Assembly (NCBI GenBank): GCA_013265495.1
Contig: MU057991.1
Span: 62,001 to 126,000, forward strand
Origin: Vicugna vicugna
Lineage: Eukaryota
Length of the DNA stretch: 64,000 nt
Direction of reading: 5' to 3'
This document shows positions 39,273-52,310 of this stretch, in pieces. The notes under the pieces are model-generated. The model was not told where the DNA came from. It made no database searches and saw nothing but the letters and a program-made list of their open reading frames with translations. A program made the position numbers and the translations under genes. Every line of letters begins with the position of its first letter. The stretch's first letter is position 1.

Positions 39273-39854
39273 TACACTAAGCGAAGACTATCTCACGTCT
39301 CTGTGGGACTTCCGTTCCATCTTCCTGAACTGCATTCTGTATACTGTGCCTGCAGAAGACTCTTAATGTTCTTTGCTGGTTTCCTGTTTTCCAGAACTTT
39401 CTTCAATTTTCTCTGGGTATTTTTTCCAATGACTATTTTTACTTATTAAAACTTTTGAATTACTAATGTTGGTTATTCTTTCTAAGACTTGAACAATTAC
39501 ATGTATTTTGAATAACCAAGTCGGCTGTGAACAGGTCAATGCCACACACACAACGTCGCGGATGAAATGCAGGGGAGGGAACTTACTGTTTCCTTACTGA
39601 GCAGCGTGCAGCCTGCGTTGTGCATCCATACAGATTTCACAGAAGATCCCAAAATACCCAGAAGACTTTCACAGGAGCCCAAAACGGGCCAGGAAAGAGA
39701 CTCGGGGTGACTTTCAGCAGCGAACGGTTCTGCTCACAGCCATCTAACAGCTGCGGGGTCAGGACGACCAGCTGTGACAGGGCCGGTGCAGACGGACAGA
39801 GGGACAGACTCCCGCCCCCAGACACGGAGGCCTGGAGCTGCTCCCGACACTTAC

Positions 39855-39927
39855 CTTCAAAGAGGGAGTAGGGCCTGTCGGGAATGCGGCACCCGTGTGC
39901 TCCGTATTCGAGACACCACTCTGCGAA
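39855..39927 (-). CDS. LANCL2: LANCL2 exon 8 equivalent, 73 nt
   Basis: Translates FAEWCLEYGAHGCRIPDRPYSLFE(G). Acceptor cctAG, donor GTAAGT. Confidence 0.94.
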
Positions 39928-41945
39928 CTAGGAGGGAACAGATGTGTCTGTAAGAGCAGAGACTGCACTTGGGCAAGCGCGACAAATGAGACACCACGGT
40001 GAGTCCACCGAGAATCAAAGACACCAGAGTCTCGGGGGGGGCGAGTGGTCAGGAGCGCGGGCTCGGCGGGGACGCGGCACCCCGTCTTCTGAGCGGGGGA
40101 CACCCACCTGGGCCCGTCCCCTCACCTGTCGGGGGGCACTCCCCTCCAAAGGGGGCCGCCCGCTGTGATGGGCCGCGTGGCTCGTCTTAAAAAGCCAGCC
40201 CTCTGCTTTCTCAGCCACTTCCTTTGCGCTCCCGGTCCTTCCCTCTTAAACCTCTTCAATGGGTTTTTACGTTATAATGCGTTTCCCTTTTTCTGCTTAA
40301 GGTAACTTATTTTTTTGGTCACATGTATACAGATAATCACAAGGAGCATCAAATTCAGCGCGTATAAAATAAGACCTCCCCTGCCTCCTGCCTCCGAACC
40401 CGCTCCCTCTTCCAGCTCGTGTGACGCCCCATCTGGTGGCCCCAGTCAGACATCCGGGAGACATCTGTCCATCTCCCTCTTCTCCACGTTAAAAAAAAGC
40501 CACTAAATTCCGTGGACCCAACATCCGAAGTGCTTCTAAATCTCTCCCCTGCCGTATGGCAGCCCACGCCTCGGTTTATAACTCAACGTTTCTTGCATTA
40601 ATTACTAAGCAACAGTTTGGAGAAACCCGACCTCTACCCCGTTCGTTCCACTGCGACCACGGCGAGCCCTTCAAGAGAGGAGTCTGAACACGAATCCTAC
40701 AGCCTTGTGAGGCCCCCCTTCCGGAGGAGGACCCGCAAGGCTGGCCACAAGCACCCCCTGGGGGCTGGGCCCCCTCCCGCCCGATCTAGGGGGGGCTCCT
40801 GGCGTTCTCTCAGAGCTCCCCACTGAGGCTCAGGTGTGACCGAGGCTGAGATGGGCTGACTACAGGCGAGGATGCGCTTCCCCTGGCCTCCGTCCCCCCG
40901 AGTCCACGGCTCAGCCCCCCGCAGCCCCCAGCGCTCCCGGCCTCTGCACAGCGTCCCTCATACCCGGCGGGCTCCACCTCGCCTCGCCACACCGGCCCGG
41001 CCACCTGCCAAGCTCGTCACCTTCAGAAAACGAGCCGTGCCTCGCCCGGTGTGCGGTCTCTGCCAATCTGCACGTTTACTTCACCACCTGCTGCTGCGAT
41101 CACCGCCCTCACCTGTCCGGCCCCATCGCCTGCTCCGGCCACAGGGATGGGGGGCGCACCCTCCAGCCCCCTCCGCTGGTGGCACTGCTCCCACCCCTCC
41201 AGCCGTGCCTAGGTCACCCCCCGACACCCGGGCTCAGCGCCTGCCCGCCCTGCGCCCTCCCTGTGCGTCCCGGGCGCCGAGCGGCACGTGTGTCCCGGGC
41301 ACCGGGGCGGGGGGCTCTAGTCCACCTGGTTGGAGAAAAGGTGTCATGACAGTAAGAAATTTACAGAATAAGCCGCCCGGAACGCCTCCGTCTACCAAGC
41401 ATCATGGTCAACACTCCGCTGTATTTTATTCTATCTGTTTTTCTGCGTCTCTGTAACTCTATTCTGTGAAGTGTGTATAGTAATAAAAACACCTGCCAAC
41501 ATTCTCCGGGTGCTGCTCTGCGCATTCGTTTTCACACCTCGGATGCATACTTAATACACCTCTACATGGCGCCGGGCTCCGCTCCAGGCACCACTGAGGG
41601 CCGTGACCCGGACAAGCGGCCGTGGGAAACACTGGAGGCCGGTAAGCAGGGGCCGCTACAGGCGACCTGCCCGTTATCTCAATTAATTCCTCGTGGAACA
41701 AACCGAGGAGGGTGGCATTTTTACAGATGGGGATGCTGAAGCTTGAAGGAGCGCCCCGAAGTCGTAAAGCTAGTAACTGCGCAGGAGGGCACCCGAGCGG
41801 GCCGCTCCCTGGACCCACCTCACAGGGGCAAGGCTGGGCCGGGAGGAGCCCCAGAGCCGGGAGAGCACGCCCGGAGGAGGAGGGCGCGTGCAGGGCGCTG
41901 TGCACGCTCCGGGGGGCCCGGGGCCGTCTGGCCGGAGGCCCCTAC

Positions 41946-42122
41946 CTTGCAGGCGCGGTAGAGGTACTTCTTGTCCTGCGTGAGGTGGTACAGGGACAGG
42001 AAGGAGTAGCCGTTGCCGGCGGCCCCGTGGCAGATCCCGTAGCCCTTCCGCAGCAAGCCCCGCTGCCAGATCACGTCGCTGCACTCCACGGCGTCCTTCA
42101 GGTACTTCTCCTCCTTGAACAC
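41946..42122 (-). CDS. LANCL2: LANCL2 exon 7 equivalent, 177 nt, with the CHG Zn-ligand motif
   Basis: Translates VFKEEKYLKDAVECSDVIWQRGLLRKGYGICHGAAGNGYSFLSLYHLTQDKKYLYRACK. AG/GT boundaries. Confidence 0.96.
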
Positions 42123-43357
42123 CTGGGCCAGGGAGAGCAGGTCAGGATTAAAGAGACGGCTTCCGTAAGGGGCAGCAAAACACTTCCCTTCCTGTTTAGG
42201 CAGCGGGGGGGGGGGGGGGGGGGGGGGGAGTAGGACCAACCCCCGCCCGAGCATCACACCAGCAGCCCCGCGGCCCCATCTGCTCCTCCTCCTCCTCGTC
42301 CTCCGTCCGTGCCTGGTTTTTCAAAAGCAGTTCTAAGACCGAGTTCAAAAATCAAAGGGGAAACTAGCAGATCTCTTTTTGTGAAGATGTTTTTTTCACC
42401 AACAGACAGTCCTGCGCTTCCTGGGCCGCAGGCTGCGGCCCTGAAATTCCTGCCCGTGTAGTGGGCGGTCGGCGGTTTCACAGCATCCTGGTGGCTACGT
42501 CTGGAACATTCTATATCCCAGGTCAGCCACGCACGAAAAGTGCCCCATGAGAGGACATACACTTGCACAGCACTTCCAGCTCCGGGGAGGGGTTTAAGTG
42601 GACAGACAGACAAAGCACGCCCGGCGAGACAAAGCGCCATTCTCACCTCCCCAGATTCCCTTCACACATCGCTATGGCCTCTCCCTCGTCCTCTCCTCCG
42701 AATCTCTCATGAGCAATCTCCACCTGCCTAGCTCACTACATTCTAGGGCAAACGAGTTTTGGACCACGGATCAGCGGCAAAAAGGTCACTGGGGACACCT
42801 TCCTGGGGTGGAAAACAGGACCCTCCCTGTGACTGCCGAGCAGTGACCTCCTCCTGGGCACGTGGCTGAGAAGGTTGGAGGCTGCAGGGAAAGCAAAGGC
42901 CTGAACTGCACCCAGAGCCCGCCCGGGGCAGGGCCACACTCCCACGTCAGTCACCGCTCCCGGGGCAGCGTCTCACGGGGTCAGAAGCAACCTGCAGTCA
43001 CGAAAGCACTGAGACGCGGGCTCTGGGGCCAGACTGCCGGCATCTGCATCTCAGCTCTGTCACCGTTAGTGGGGGCCCTGGGCAAGTCAGTTCGCCTCTT
43101 ATGTCTGCGTCTTCTTCACCATTTCTTTATCTCAGCGGCTTGCTGGGTGAAGATGAAGTCACGTACAAGAAGCTCTTAGAACACTGCCTGGCACCCAGAC
43201 AGAGCTAACGACTTCCGAGCCGCCATCAACGACCATTCCTTCACATTGCCCTGCCAGCACACGCGCTCCGTCCTGTCACTTGTGTCTGAAGCCTCTTAAG
43301 ATGAACTATAAAGAGAAACTTGCCCACCCGACACAGACATTTGATCAAAGCTAATAG

Positions 43358-43813
43358 TGTAACAGAAAAGAACAGATCTGACTCCATTTGAGACCTGTTC
43401 CTTTGGCTTTAACCCTGTGCCCTGTTTTCTGGGCTCAGTCTTGCTGGCTCTGCACCTTTTGTAAAGCAATGTTGCCTTTAGCCTGAAATAGACAGGAGAG
43501 CCCGTTCTCAGGGCTCTGCCCTTTAAGGATGTTAACACTTTTGTACTTAAAGACAACAAGTTGCAGAAAAGAAAATAACATTTATTTTGCTGAAGGTTTG
43601 CAGGGGCACCATGACCTGACCCCCGGGGACAGCTGCAAGAATAAAGGATTCCTGGACCAAGAAGTTTGCAACAACCAACCACACCCCCTCCCCTGTTTAG
43701 TATAAAAGGAGCCTGAATTCTGACTCAGGGAAGATGGTTCTCCAGGACATTAGCCCCCATCTTCTCGGTCTGCTGGCTTTCCAAATAAAGTTGCTATTCC
43801 TTGCCCCAACACC
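43358..43813 (+). mobile_element. ERV1-like LTR (same family as 9003-9536), 3'-truncated, antisense to LANCL2
   Basis: Starts TGTAACAGAAAAGAACAGATCTGACTCC. TATAAAAG at ~43701 and AATAAA at ~43784. Confidence 0.87.
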
Positions 43814-45971
43814 TCTCCATCGTAGCCATTCAAACTTGGCCAGAAAATCTGTTTACTTATCCACCTTCTTTTCTCGAATGGTAAATTTCCCTGAGCAATG
43901 TCAGGACAAAAGGTCGGAAGAGGCATGCGCTGTCTCCGGACACAAGGGACCTGGAGTAAGTAGACACTGGCTGGATTCCCTCTTCCACGAACACTAACTG
44001 TGTAACTCTGGGTGGCCGTTGTGACTTCTCCGATGGATGCTGAGACGACCAAGTGTTGAAAACAGAAACGAGGATCTGAGGCAGTCATTTAAAATCTTTC
44101 AGGATGAAAAGGAAACTACACTCATCACCAATGAAGGGTCTGGAAATCTGAGAGAAAATGTTACTATAAAAAGAAACAGAAACCCGGGAACTGAAAAAGC
44201 GCCAACAAGTGAGATAAGTAAACTCACTGAGTAGGCTGAATTGCAGACTGGACGTAGGAAAGGAAACCACTAGTGAAGACGAAGCCGGATAAATGGAAGT
44301 TATACAGGAATTACACAATCTGAATTACAGAAAACGAGAAGGAAAAAAAACCCTAAAAATAAAAGCCTCAGAGACCTGTTGGAAAGTAATGGCCTAAGTT
44401 CAGCAAATGCACTGACAGACATGCAATTACAAGTTTAAGGAGCTTAAGGAATGTCAAAGCAGGAGAAATACACAGAGACACAGGGGTGCAAGCGTGATAA
44501 GACTGAAAACCAAAAAAGAGGAGATTCTGAAAGCTTCCGGAGAAGACACACACTGCGCGTAACGGATGACGGACTTCTCAGAACCGTGGAGGCCACGAGA
44601 CACTGGCGCTGAATCTTTGAAGTTCTGAAAGGAAAAAATTAAACTGTCGGCGTAGAATTCTACTCTCAGCAGAAATATCTTCAAAGAATGAAGGGGGAAT
44701 AAAGACAGATGTAAGATGCGTGAAAATCAACGTGTGGTCACCAAACCTAGACCACAAGAAATGCTAATGGAGGTTCTTTGGGCCGAAGGAGGTGAGAGGC
44801 TGGAACGTCCAGAAGGAATGAAGAGCACTGAAAAGGGGAAGTACACAAATAGATATCAAAGACCATGTTTTTTGTCTTGATTTCTTTAAAACACACAGGA
44901 CTATTCAAAAAGCAAAAATTATAAAATGGTATTGGGGGTTTGCAGCGCTTGCTGACATGTCTGACAGTAATGATGTATGCAACTGCAGTCAGACAACGCG
45001 CACCCGGTCCTTTCCTACAGTTTCGGTGAAGTCACAGTGTTAACTCTGAGCAGACTGTGAAAAGTCAACGTGTACTGCAATCTGTATGTTGCAACGTTAA
45101 AGACGCTTATTGAGCGACCACTAAAAATACGTGCAAACAGACACAGTGAAGAGCCAACAGAGAAATCACAATGGAATTCTGGGAAATATCCAATTAATCT
45201 CTCCTACCTCCCTGAAAAAGGCAAGAAGGAAAAAAACCAAAGATCAAAACAAAAAGTTCTAAGATGCAGCCGATAGAAACCACGTGGAAAAGAGGCTGAG
45301 CTAAATCCAACCATATAAATAATGACATTAACTATATATGAACTGAACATTCCAAATTAAAGGCCGAGATTGTGAGACTGCCTTGCTAGGCAAGTCCCAA
45401 TTATGAAGAGACACACATTAAATACAAAGACATCAAAAAGTATAAAATGTTATTGACATACGTGAAAGAAAATGCAAATAAATAGAGAGATACACCGTAT
45501 CTGTGGCTAAGAACAGTCAATATTGACATCAGTTCTACCAAAATTGATCTACAGATGGAATGCAGCTTCAGTCACAATCCCAACAGACCTCTTTTGCAGA
45601 CACTGACAAACTAATTTCTAAAATTTATGTAGGAGTGCAAAGGACTCCAATGTGGACTATTTAAAGCAATTCTGAAAGAGAGCAACAAAGTTGCAGCCTT
45701 AAGTCACCTGGCTTCGAAACCTACAATAAAGCCAGACTAATTCAATCCACATGGCACCGCAGTGACAGTTAACAGGCCAGAGTAACAGAACAGAGCCCAG
45801 AAATGAACCCACACTTACCAGGTCCCTTGGTCTTGACCAAGTGCCTTTATACGCACCGAATCAATCAAATGGGGGGGAAATAAGTTCCCACAAAAGTGAT
45901 GTGGGAACAAGCAGATACCCCTATGGTTAGAAGAAAAACCTCACTTCTTGCTTCATGTAACATACAAAACT

Positions 45972-46098
45972 AGGGAGAGAGGGTGGAGCTCAGGGCTAGA
46001 GCGCGTGCTTAGTGAGCATGCACGAGGTCCTGGGTTCAATCCCCAGTCCCTCTGTTAAAATAAATCAGTAAACAAATAAACCTGATTACCTCCTCCTA
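45972..46098 (+). mobile_element. Vic-1-like SINE
   Basis: A/B-box head. Perfect 14-bp TSD TAACATACAAAACT at 45958-45971 and 46099-46112. Confidence 0.9.
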
Positions 46099-46308
46099 TA
46101 ACATACAAAACTTAATTTGAGACAGATCACAGTTCTAAATGTAAAATCTAAATCTACGAAGCATGCTGGAGAACATTATCGGTTTAACCTGGGGGTAAGT
46201 AACATCTCTTAGACAAGATACAGAAAGTGACAGCCATTAAAAAATAAAAGGGTAAGATAGACTTTATCAGAATTAAAAACTATATTCATATTCATAAAGA
46301 ATATGATT

Positions 46309-46437
46309 TAAAAATGTGACAATGAGTGTGTATATGTCCATGAATGACTGAAAAATTGTGCTCTACACTGGAATTTGACACAACATTGTAAAATGATTAT
46401 AAATCAATAAAAAATAATAAAAAAAGACTAAAAAAAA
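46309..46437 (+). mobile_element. Very short young L1 3'-end insertion
   Basis: Matches the tail of the L1 at 48505-48610 (actgaaaaattgtgctctacactggaatttgacacaacattgtaaa). TSD AAAGAATAYGATT at 46296-46308 and 46438-46450. Confidence 0.85.
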
Positions 46438-46667
46438 AAAGAATACGATTAGGCCAACTACAGACTGGGAGAAATTATTTCCAAAATATGTATCTAATAA
46501 AAGGACTTGTAACCAGAACATATGAAGAACTTTTACAACTCAGTAATGAAGGGATAAAAAATAAAACACATAAAACAGTGTGGGTAAAAGACATGAACAG
46601 ACACTCAACAAAGATACACAGCCGACCCACGAGCAACGTGGGGGCTGGAAACACTTACATAACGTTA

Positions 46668-46810
46668 CCGTCGGCCCCCTCTGCGTGCCCTTCTGTATCC
46701 TCAGATTCAACCCGCCCTGGACTGTGTGGTACTGTAACTACTGACTGAAAACATCCTCATAAAATTGGCCCCACACGGTTCAAATCCATGTTGTCCAAGG
46801 GTCAACTGTA
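46668..46810. mobile_element. TcMar-Tigger MITE (MER8-like)
   Basis: ctgtatcctcagattcaacc...ggttcaaatccatgttgtccaagggtcaactgta terminus. Confidence 0.55.
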
Positions 46811-47877
46811 CACACGACCCATGAGAACAAGCAAAACTGCTCCACATCCTTAATCAGGAAGACGCAAATTAAAACCATGATGAACCACCCACCAGAGTAA
46901 AACTAAGGCTTCCAATGTCAAGTGTTGGCAGAGACGTGGAACAACCAGAACTCCCCTGAGCCGCTGACGGAATGAAAAACGGCTCAGGGTCTTAGCGAAC
47001 TCAACAAGCTACTTTCTGATTTAGCAATTCCAGTCCCAGGCATCAGTGCCAAAGACATGAAAACACACGTCCACAGAAAGACCTGGAGCAAGAATGTTCA
47101 CTGCGGCTTATTCAAAATAGTGTAAAAAAAAAAAAAAAAGCAGACACAGTTGAAAAACAAAGGGATAAATCACAGTATGTTTATAAATAATGCTTAACAT
47201 TAGGAAGGTATCAGAATCTTGAGGAAGAAGGAGGCACAGCTGGAAAAAATCTCTCCAGGTGACTCTGATATACACCACCTGGAAAGACATTCCATGTTGG
47301 GAAAAACCAACTTACAAATGAGCTTTTGGAACATAATTTCTATGAAAATATTTCCTGATGTACAGTCAGCAGGTGCCCATCAGGACACATTCCTAACACA
47401 GCTCTGTTCTGGGAATGTCAGAGCAGGCTTGCGGGTTTAGGGAGGGGGGTACAGCTGTCTCGTTCATTTAGCGCAGAATCAAAGGATTCACTGGTACCAC
47501 TTCAGGGTGACTTCTGTGGTTTTCTTGGGCAACGTGTTTACCTTTCCAAATGCAATTTCATTTGACCTACGTGAGCATTTGTTTACCCCGCCAAGTCCAT
47601 ACAAACTGCTAGTGTCCTAGGGCTTAAATGTGCAGTCAGAGGAAGGCAGAATTTGTTGCCATTACCTGTGATTTACCATCAGATAATCAAGAACTGACTG
47701 TTAGCTCTTCATCAAAGTAGCTTCCAGCTATGAGGTCCCCAAATGTAATTTGTTGGGAAACCATTTACAATTAATAAAGTTCCTACCACAGCATGGAAAT
47801 ACTGTTAAAATCTTGACTTTTTTTCCCAAGGCCATCTAAAATACTAAATAATTTTAAATAATACATGTTCATACAAA

Positions 47878-48649
47878 AGGCAACCCTCCTGCACTGCTGG
47901 TGGGAATGCAGTTTGGTGCAGCCACTGTGGGAAACTGTGGAGATTCCTCAAAAGCCTAGGATAGACTTCCCATATGACCCAGGAATCCCGCTCCTGGGCA
48001 TATATCCAGAAGGAACCCTACTTCAAAAAGACACCTGCACCCCAATGTTCACAGCAGCACTATTTACAACAGCCAAGACATGGAAACAACCTAAATGTCC
48101 ATCAACAGATGACTGGGTAAAGAAGCTGTGGTATTTTTATACAATGGAATACTACTCAGCCACGAAAAAGGATTAAATAATGCCATTTGCAGCAACATGG
48201 ATGTCCTTGGAGAATGTCATTCTAAGTGAAGTCAATCAGAAAGAGAACGAAAAATGCCATATGAGATTGCTCATATATGGAATTTAAAAATAAAACAAAA
48301 AACAAAACATAAACACGAAACAGAAACAGACTCACGGACACAGAAAACAAACTTGTGGTTGCCAAGGGGGCGGGGGGTGGGAAGGGATAGACGGAGAGTT
48401 CAAAATTTGTAGATACTGACAGGTGTATATAGAATAGATAAACAAGATTATCCTGTAGAGCACAGGGAAATATATACAAGATCTTGTGGCAGCTCAACTC
48501 ACGGCGAAATGTGACAATGAATATATGCATGTTCACATGTAACTGAAAAATTGTGCTCTACACTGGAATTTGACACAACATTGTAAAACAACTATAACTC
48601 AATAAAAAAAGTTAAAACAAAACAAAATAAAATAAAATAAAATAAAATA
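47878..48649 (+). mobile_element. 5'-truncated young L1 with poly(A)/AAAAT tail
   Basis: ORF2 C-terminus TLLHCWWECSLVQPLW...[13 protein letters not shown]...KTWKQPKCPS. TSD ACATRTTCATACAAA at 47863-47877 and 48650-48664. Confidence 0.93.
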
Positions 48650-49073
48650 ACATATTCATACAAAGAAGAGCAAACCCTAGCTGAAAGGTGATTAGCACCT
48701 ACAAGAAGGGAAAACAAAGTGAGTGAAGCTGGACTCAACTTACAATTTTATTTGTAAAAGACATTAATTACATTTTTCGAATGCTTGAACACCTTACGCC
48801 TTCATAAGTGTTCCTGAAGCACTTAACGTCTTTATGTGCCAGCATAAGGCACTGTTCAACGCTTGTTACTCAACAAAATTTAAACACCTCCTGATTTTAA
48901 GAGATGGTCTCAATGGACGCGGACCCTCTTACTCTGAGTTAACAGTAACTTGAGAGAAAACAGTCTAAGAGCTGGGTTTCCCTAGCTGTGCACCACCCCC
49001 TGCCCCAGCCAAACACAAATTTCACTCCACTCACTAACTTACACTAGGAAGATGTATTTTTAACCCCAATTGT

Positions 49074-49237
49074 TTTGTTTTTTAAAATATGTTTATTTAT
49101 TATTATAGTATTTAATTACTTTATTTTGGCGGGGGGGGGTAATTCAGTTTATTTTTAGAGGAGGGACTGGGGATCGAACCCAGGACCTCATGCATGCTAA
49201 GCACGCACTCTACCGCTGGAGCTACACCCTCCCTCCC
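49074..49237 (-). mobile_element. Vic-1-like SINE
   Basis: Reverse-complement head (ggggatcgaacccaggacctcatgcatgctaagcacgcactctacc). Degenerate TSD tttaMccccaRYtgt. Confidence 0.88.
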
Positions 49238-50822
49238 TTTACCCCCAGCTGTAAAACCGTGTTATAAATGTGTCTCCAAATTCCCACTGGTGCCTCTGCC
49301 CCAGAAAATCCTGCTGTACTTCCTCCTTCCTCATGTTTGAGAATCTTGACACAAATGGACAAAATGAAGTTCCAGTGACTAAGCGCGGGGTCTTAATGCT
49401 CACCGCCCGCGGCTCAGGCGCTGAAACGCGTGGGGAGACCCCCAGGAGCCAAGGTCATCAGCCACCAGGAGTGCCTCCCTCGACAGCTGATCGTCTTTAA
49501 TGCGAAAGACAAAAGGGGTCTGACAAGCAGAAACTTCCACTTTCAACGAAGTCATGTGTCTGTTCTGAGTATCAGAGGATTCCTGCTTGCGCTGTCAAAT
49601 ACTGTGCTCAGATACTCTGGTTGGATATTTTTAACATTACAGGCTTATCTCTATGTCCCTGAAGATACAACCGCTCTGAAGTCTAGAAAACGGGAGGCAG
49701 CGATGTGAACAGAATCGAGTTTCAATTCAAAAGCTGAAATAGCGTTAGGAACATGAATCACTAAGTTCTTCCTATTTCCAAAAAGTATACTTACCGTGCT
49801 TCCCTCTCACCAAAAATCGTATCTTTGAGTTACTTTCTTGAATGCTTATACTTGACTTTTACATTATGCGAATTATTTTTCGTGTTATTGCTGTAGGACT
49901 AAAAAATTCTGAGAAATAAGCCGAAAACATGAGCGAATTCCTCAGTTTTTCTAACTTACTGTAGTTACTCGTAAAAGGAAAATAAAATTCAATCAGGGGC
50001 CAGTTCTTCTCTAACTGTCAGGTAGACACGTGAATTCTGCTCCCGTGACTCCACCTGTTTCTGCAGAACTGAGAGACCCTGCCAGACACTTACCGATCAC
50101 TGCGCTGACAGTTACATACTTGGGTCTATAAGCAACAATCTCCGACATTAATTATTACAAATAACGATGCATTAAAACAGAAATAAAATTGCAGAAGCAG
50201 CGTTGTTCGCTTTCAACTGGCATGACAACTCAAAGTCCAGGAGAGGAATCAACAGTATTCTTAAAACTGTGCCCAGATCTAGACCCTACTGCAATTAATT
50301 AGTAAAATTACTGCCTATTTTCCCGCAATACCCACTAAGTGTAAAAATTTGAATGCCACATTTATCTCTTGTAAATAATTTTATAGTAGTTTTTTTTAAT
50401 TTTATAGTAGTTTTAAACTCAAATTTAAAAGCTCCTGAATCTTCACAATCATATCAAGCAATAAAAGCTTATGCAAACAAGGAAATCAAATGATGCAACG
50501 TCAAATAAAGAAGCATTTTGGTTATAATACTGTCCACTGCCTTACTGGTTATTCATACTTATTAGAATAAAAATCATTAGTATGCTGTCATTTGGGTTGT
50601 TTTTTTTAACACATGAATACGATTCCTGTTAAAACACACACACGTACACTGACAGCTCTAACCCCAGTGATGAGCAGCGAAATAAAAAGACTTTCTGTAA
50701 AAAAGTGAATTCAAAAAGGTTTTACATTTGCAAGCAAACGCGCTTATCAAAATCAAACGGGAAGCTTGGAGGTGCTGACTGTCTCTGCACACGTGGGTGC
50801 TCAGGACACAGGCTGCACTGAC

Positions 50823-51005
50823 CTTGTACGCCTGCATGAGCATGTGGATGACACCCGGCGCCCCGTGGCACCAGTGCACCAGCCGGTCTGTCTCATTGCT
50901 CAGCGACGACGGGTAATTCCCAGATCGAAACCTCTTGTGGCGCATGTAATCAATGCTGGGTTTCACCATCTCGGTCAAGGTTTCTTGGTCCACTTTTGCT
51001 GCTGG
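50823..51005 (-). CDS. LANCL2: LANCL2 exon 6 equivalent, 183 nt, with the WCHG Zn-ligand motif
   Basis: Translates PAAKVDQETLTEMVKPSIDYMRHKRFRSGNYPSSLSNETDRLVHWCHGAPGVIHMLMQAYK. AG/GT boundaries. Confidence 0.96.
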
Positions 51006-51177
51006 CTTTAAACAAACAAAACCAAAACATTTATTTTTCCGTGGTTTTTTTTTTTTAACCTCTACGTGTAATTAAGCAGCAATTAACCTGGAATACTGAG
51101 GAGCATCTAAAATTGGAATTAATTCTCCAGCTACTTAAGACTTGGGCATTAATCCCTGTTGACACTGCACACAAAGC

Positions 51178-51397
51178 TGAAAGCCGTTCGCTGGAGAATT
51201 CTTTCTTGCTCAGTGAGGCCTTCGACTGATTAGATGAGGCCCACCCATCTCGTGGAGAGCAAATATCTTCACTCAAAGTCCACCCGTTGAAACGTAAATC
51301 TCAACCATTACACCCTCAGAAACACCCAGAATAACGTGTGACCTGACACCCGGGCATGGTAACCCAGCCACGTTAACAGATAAAATTAACCACCACA
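51178..51397 (-). mobile_element. MLT2 (ERVL) LTR fragment
   Basis: Motifs gactgattagatgaggcccaccca...ctcagaaacacccagaataa...cccagccacgttaacagataaaattaaccaccaca. Confidence 0.7.
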
Positions 51398-51699
51398 GGA
51401 TCCTAGCTAACTTTTTAAATGAAGATGTTCACACACCTTTATCTACAAATCTCTTATCTAAACTGTTTCTCCAGAAAAAGAAACTTCAGTCTCCGTGGGA
51501 GATGGAGGCGGTGCTGCCAGCCAGGGAGGGAGAGCCGGTGGTGTGTGAGGCTGGCTGTGTGGACACTCATGAAGCCCCCGTTTCAGTTCTGGGCAGGAGT
51601 GCCACGGTGAGGAATCTATGTAAATTACATGTGTATTGGGTAGAACTCGCTCCTAGAGGGTTTTTCTGTGAAAAATGCCTGATTTGGAAACTAGCCTTA

Positions 51700-52310
51700 T
51701 GAAAAACCTGCCCTCATCAGTCGCATTATACGTAAATATTTTCTCCCATTCTGTAGGCTGTCTTTTTGCTCTGTTGATAGTCTCCTTGGCTGTACAAAAG
51801 CTTACGTTTAATCAGGTTTGTTTATTTTTGTTTTTATTTCTATTGCCTTGATACACTGACGTTGCAGAACACTGCTACGATTTATATCACAGAACATCTC
51901 GCCTATGTTTTCTTCTCGGTTTATGGTGTCTGGTCTTATGTCTAAGTCTTTGGTGTGTGGTGTGAGGGAGGGATCTAATATCACTGATTTACATGCACCT
52001 GTCCAGCTTTCCCAACACCACTTGCCCAAGAGACTGTCTTTTGTACACTGCATATTCTTGCCTCCTTTGTCAAAGATGAACTGACCACATGTCTGTGGGT
52101 TCATTTCTGGGCTCTCTATTCTGTTCCATTGGTCCATGTGTCTGGTTTTGTGCCAATACCATGCTGTCTTGATTCCTGTAGCTCTGTAGAATTGTCTGAA
52201 GTCTGGGAGGGTTATTCCTCCAGCTTCGTTCTTTTATTACATTGAGATATACTCCCTCTATATCCACTAAGGCAAGAGTTTTTACCATATGCACTGGGCA
52301 ACCAAAAGCT
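51700..52310 (-). mobile_element. L1 ORF2 fragment
   Basis: Minus ORF DQWNRIESPEMNP...IFDKGGKN...KDSLLGKWCWESW. Confidence 0.9.

Larger units (their letters stand above)
44080..47150 (+). mobile_element. Fragmented old L1 (ORF1 remnants through ORF2) carrying younger insertions
   Basis: A-rich with L1 remnants (tagaattctactctcagcagaaatatcttcaaagaatgaagg; aaattgatctacagat; gactgggagaaattatttcc...gacttgtaaccagaacatatgaagaac). Confidence 0.7.

Noticed and set aside
41712..42233. 173-aa plus-strand ORF over LANCL2 exon 7
   Set aside because: An antisense shadow frame. The GC3-saturated codons contain no TTA, CTA or TCA, so stops are absent on the opposite strand.
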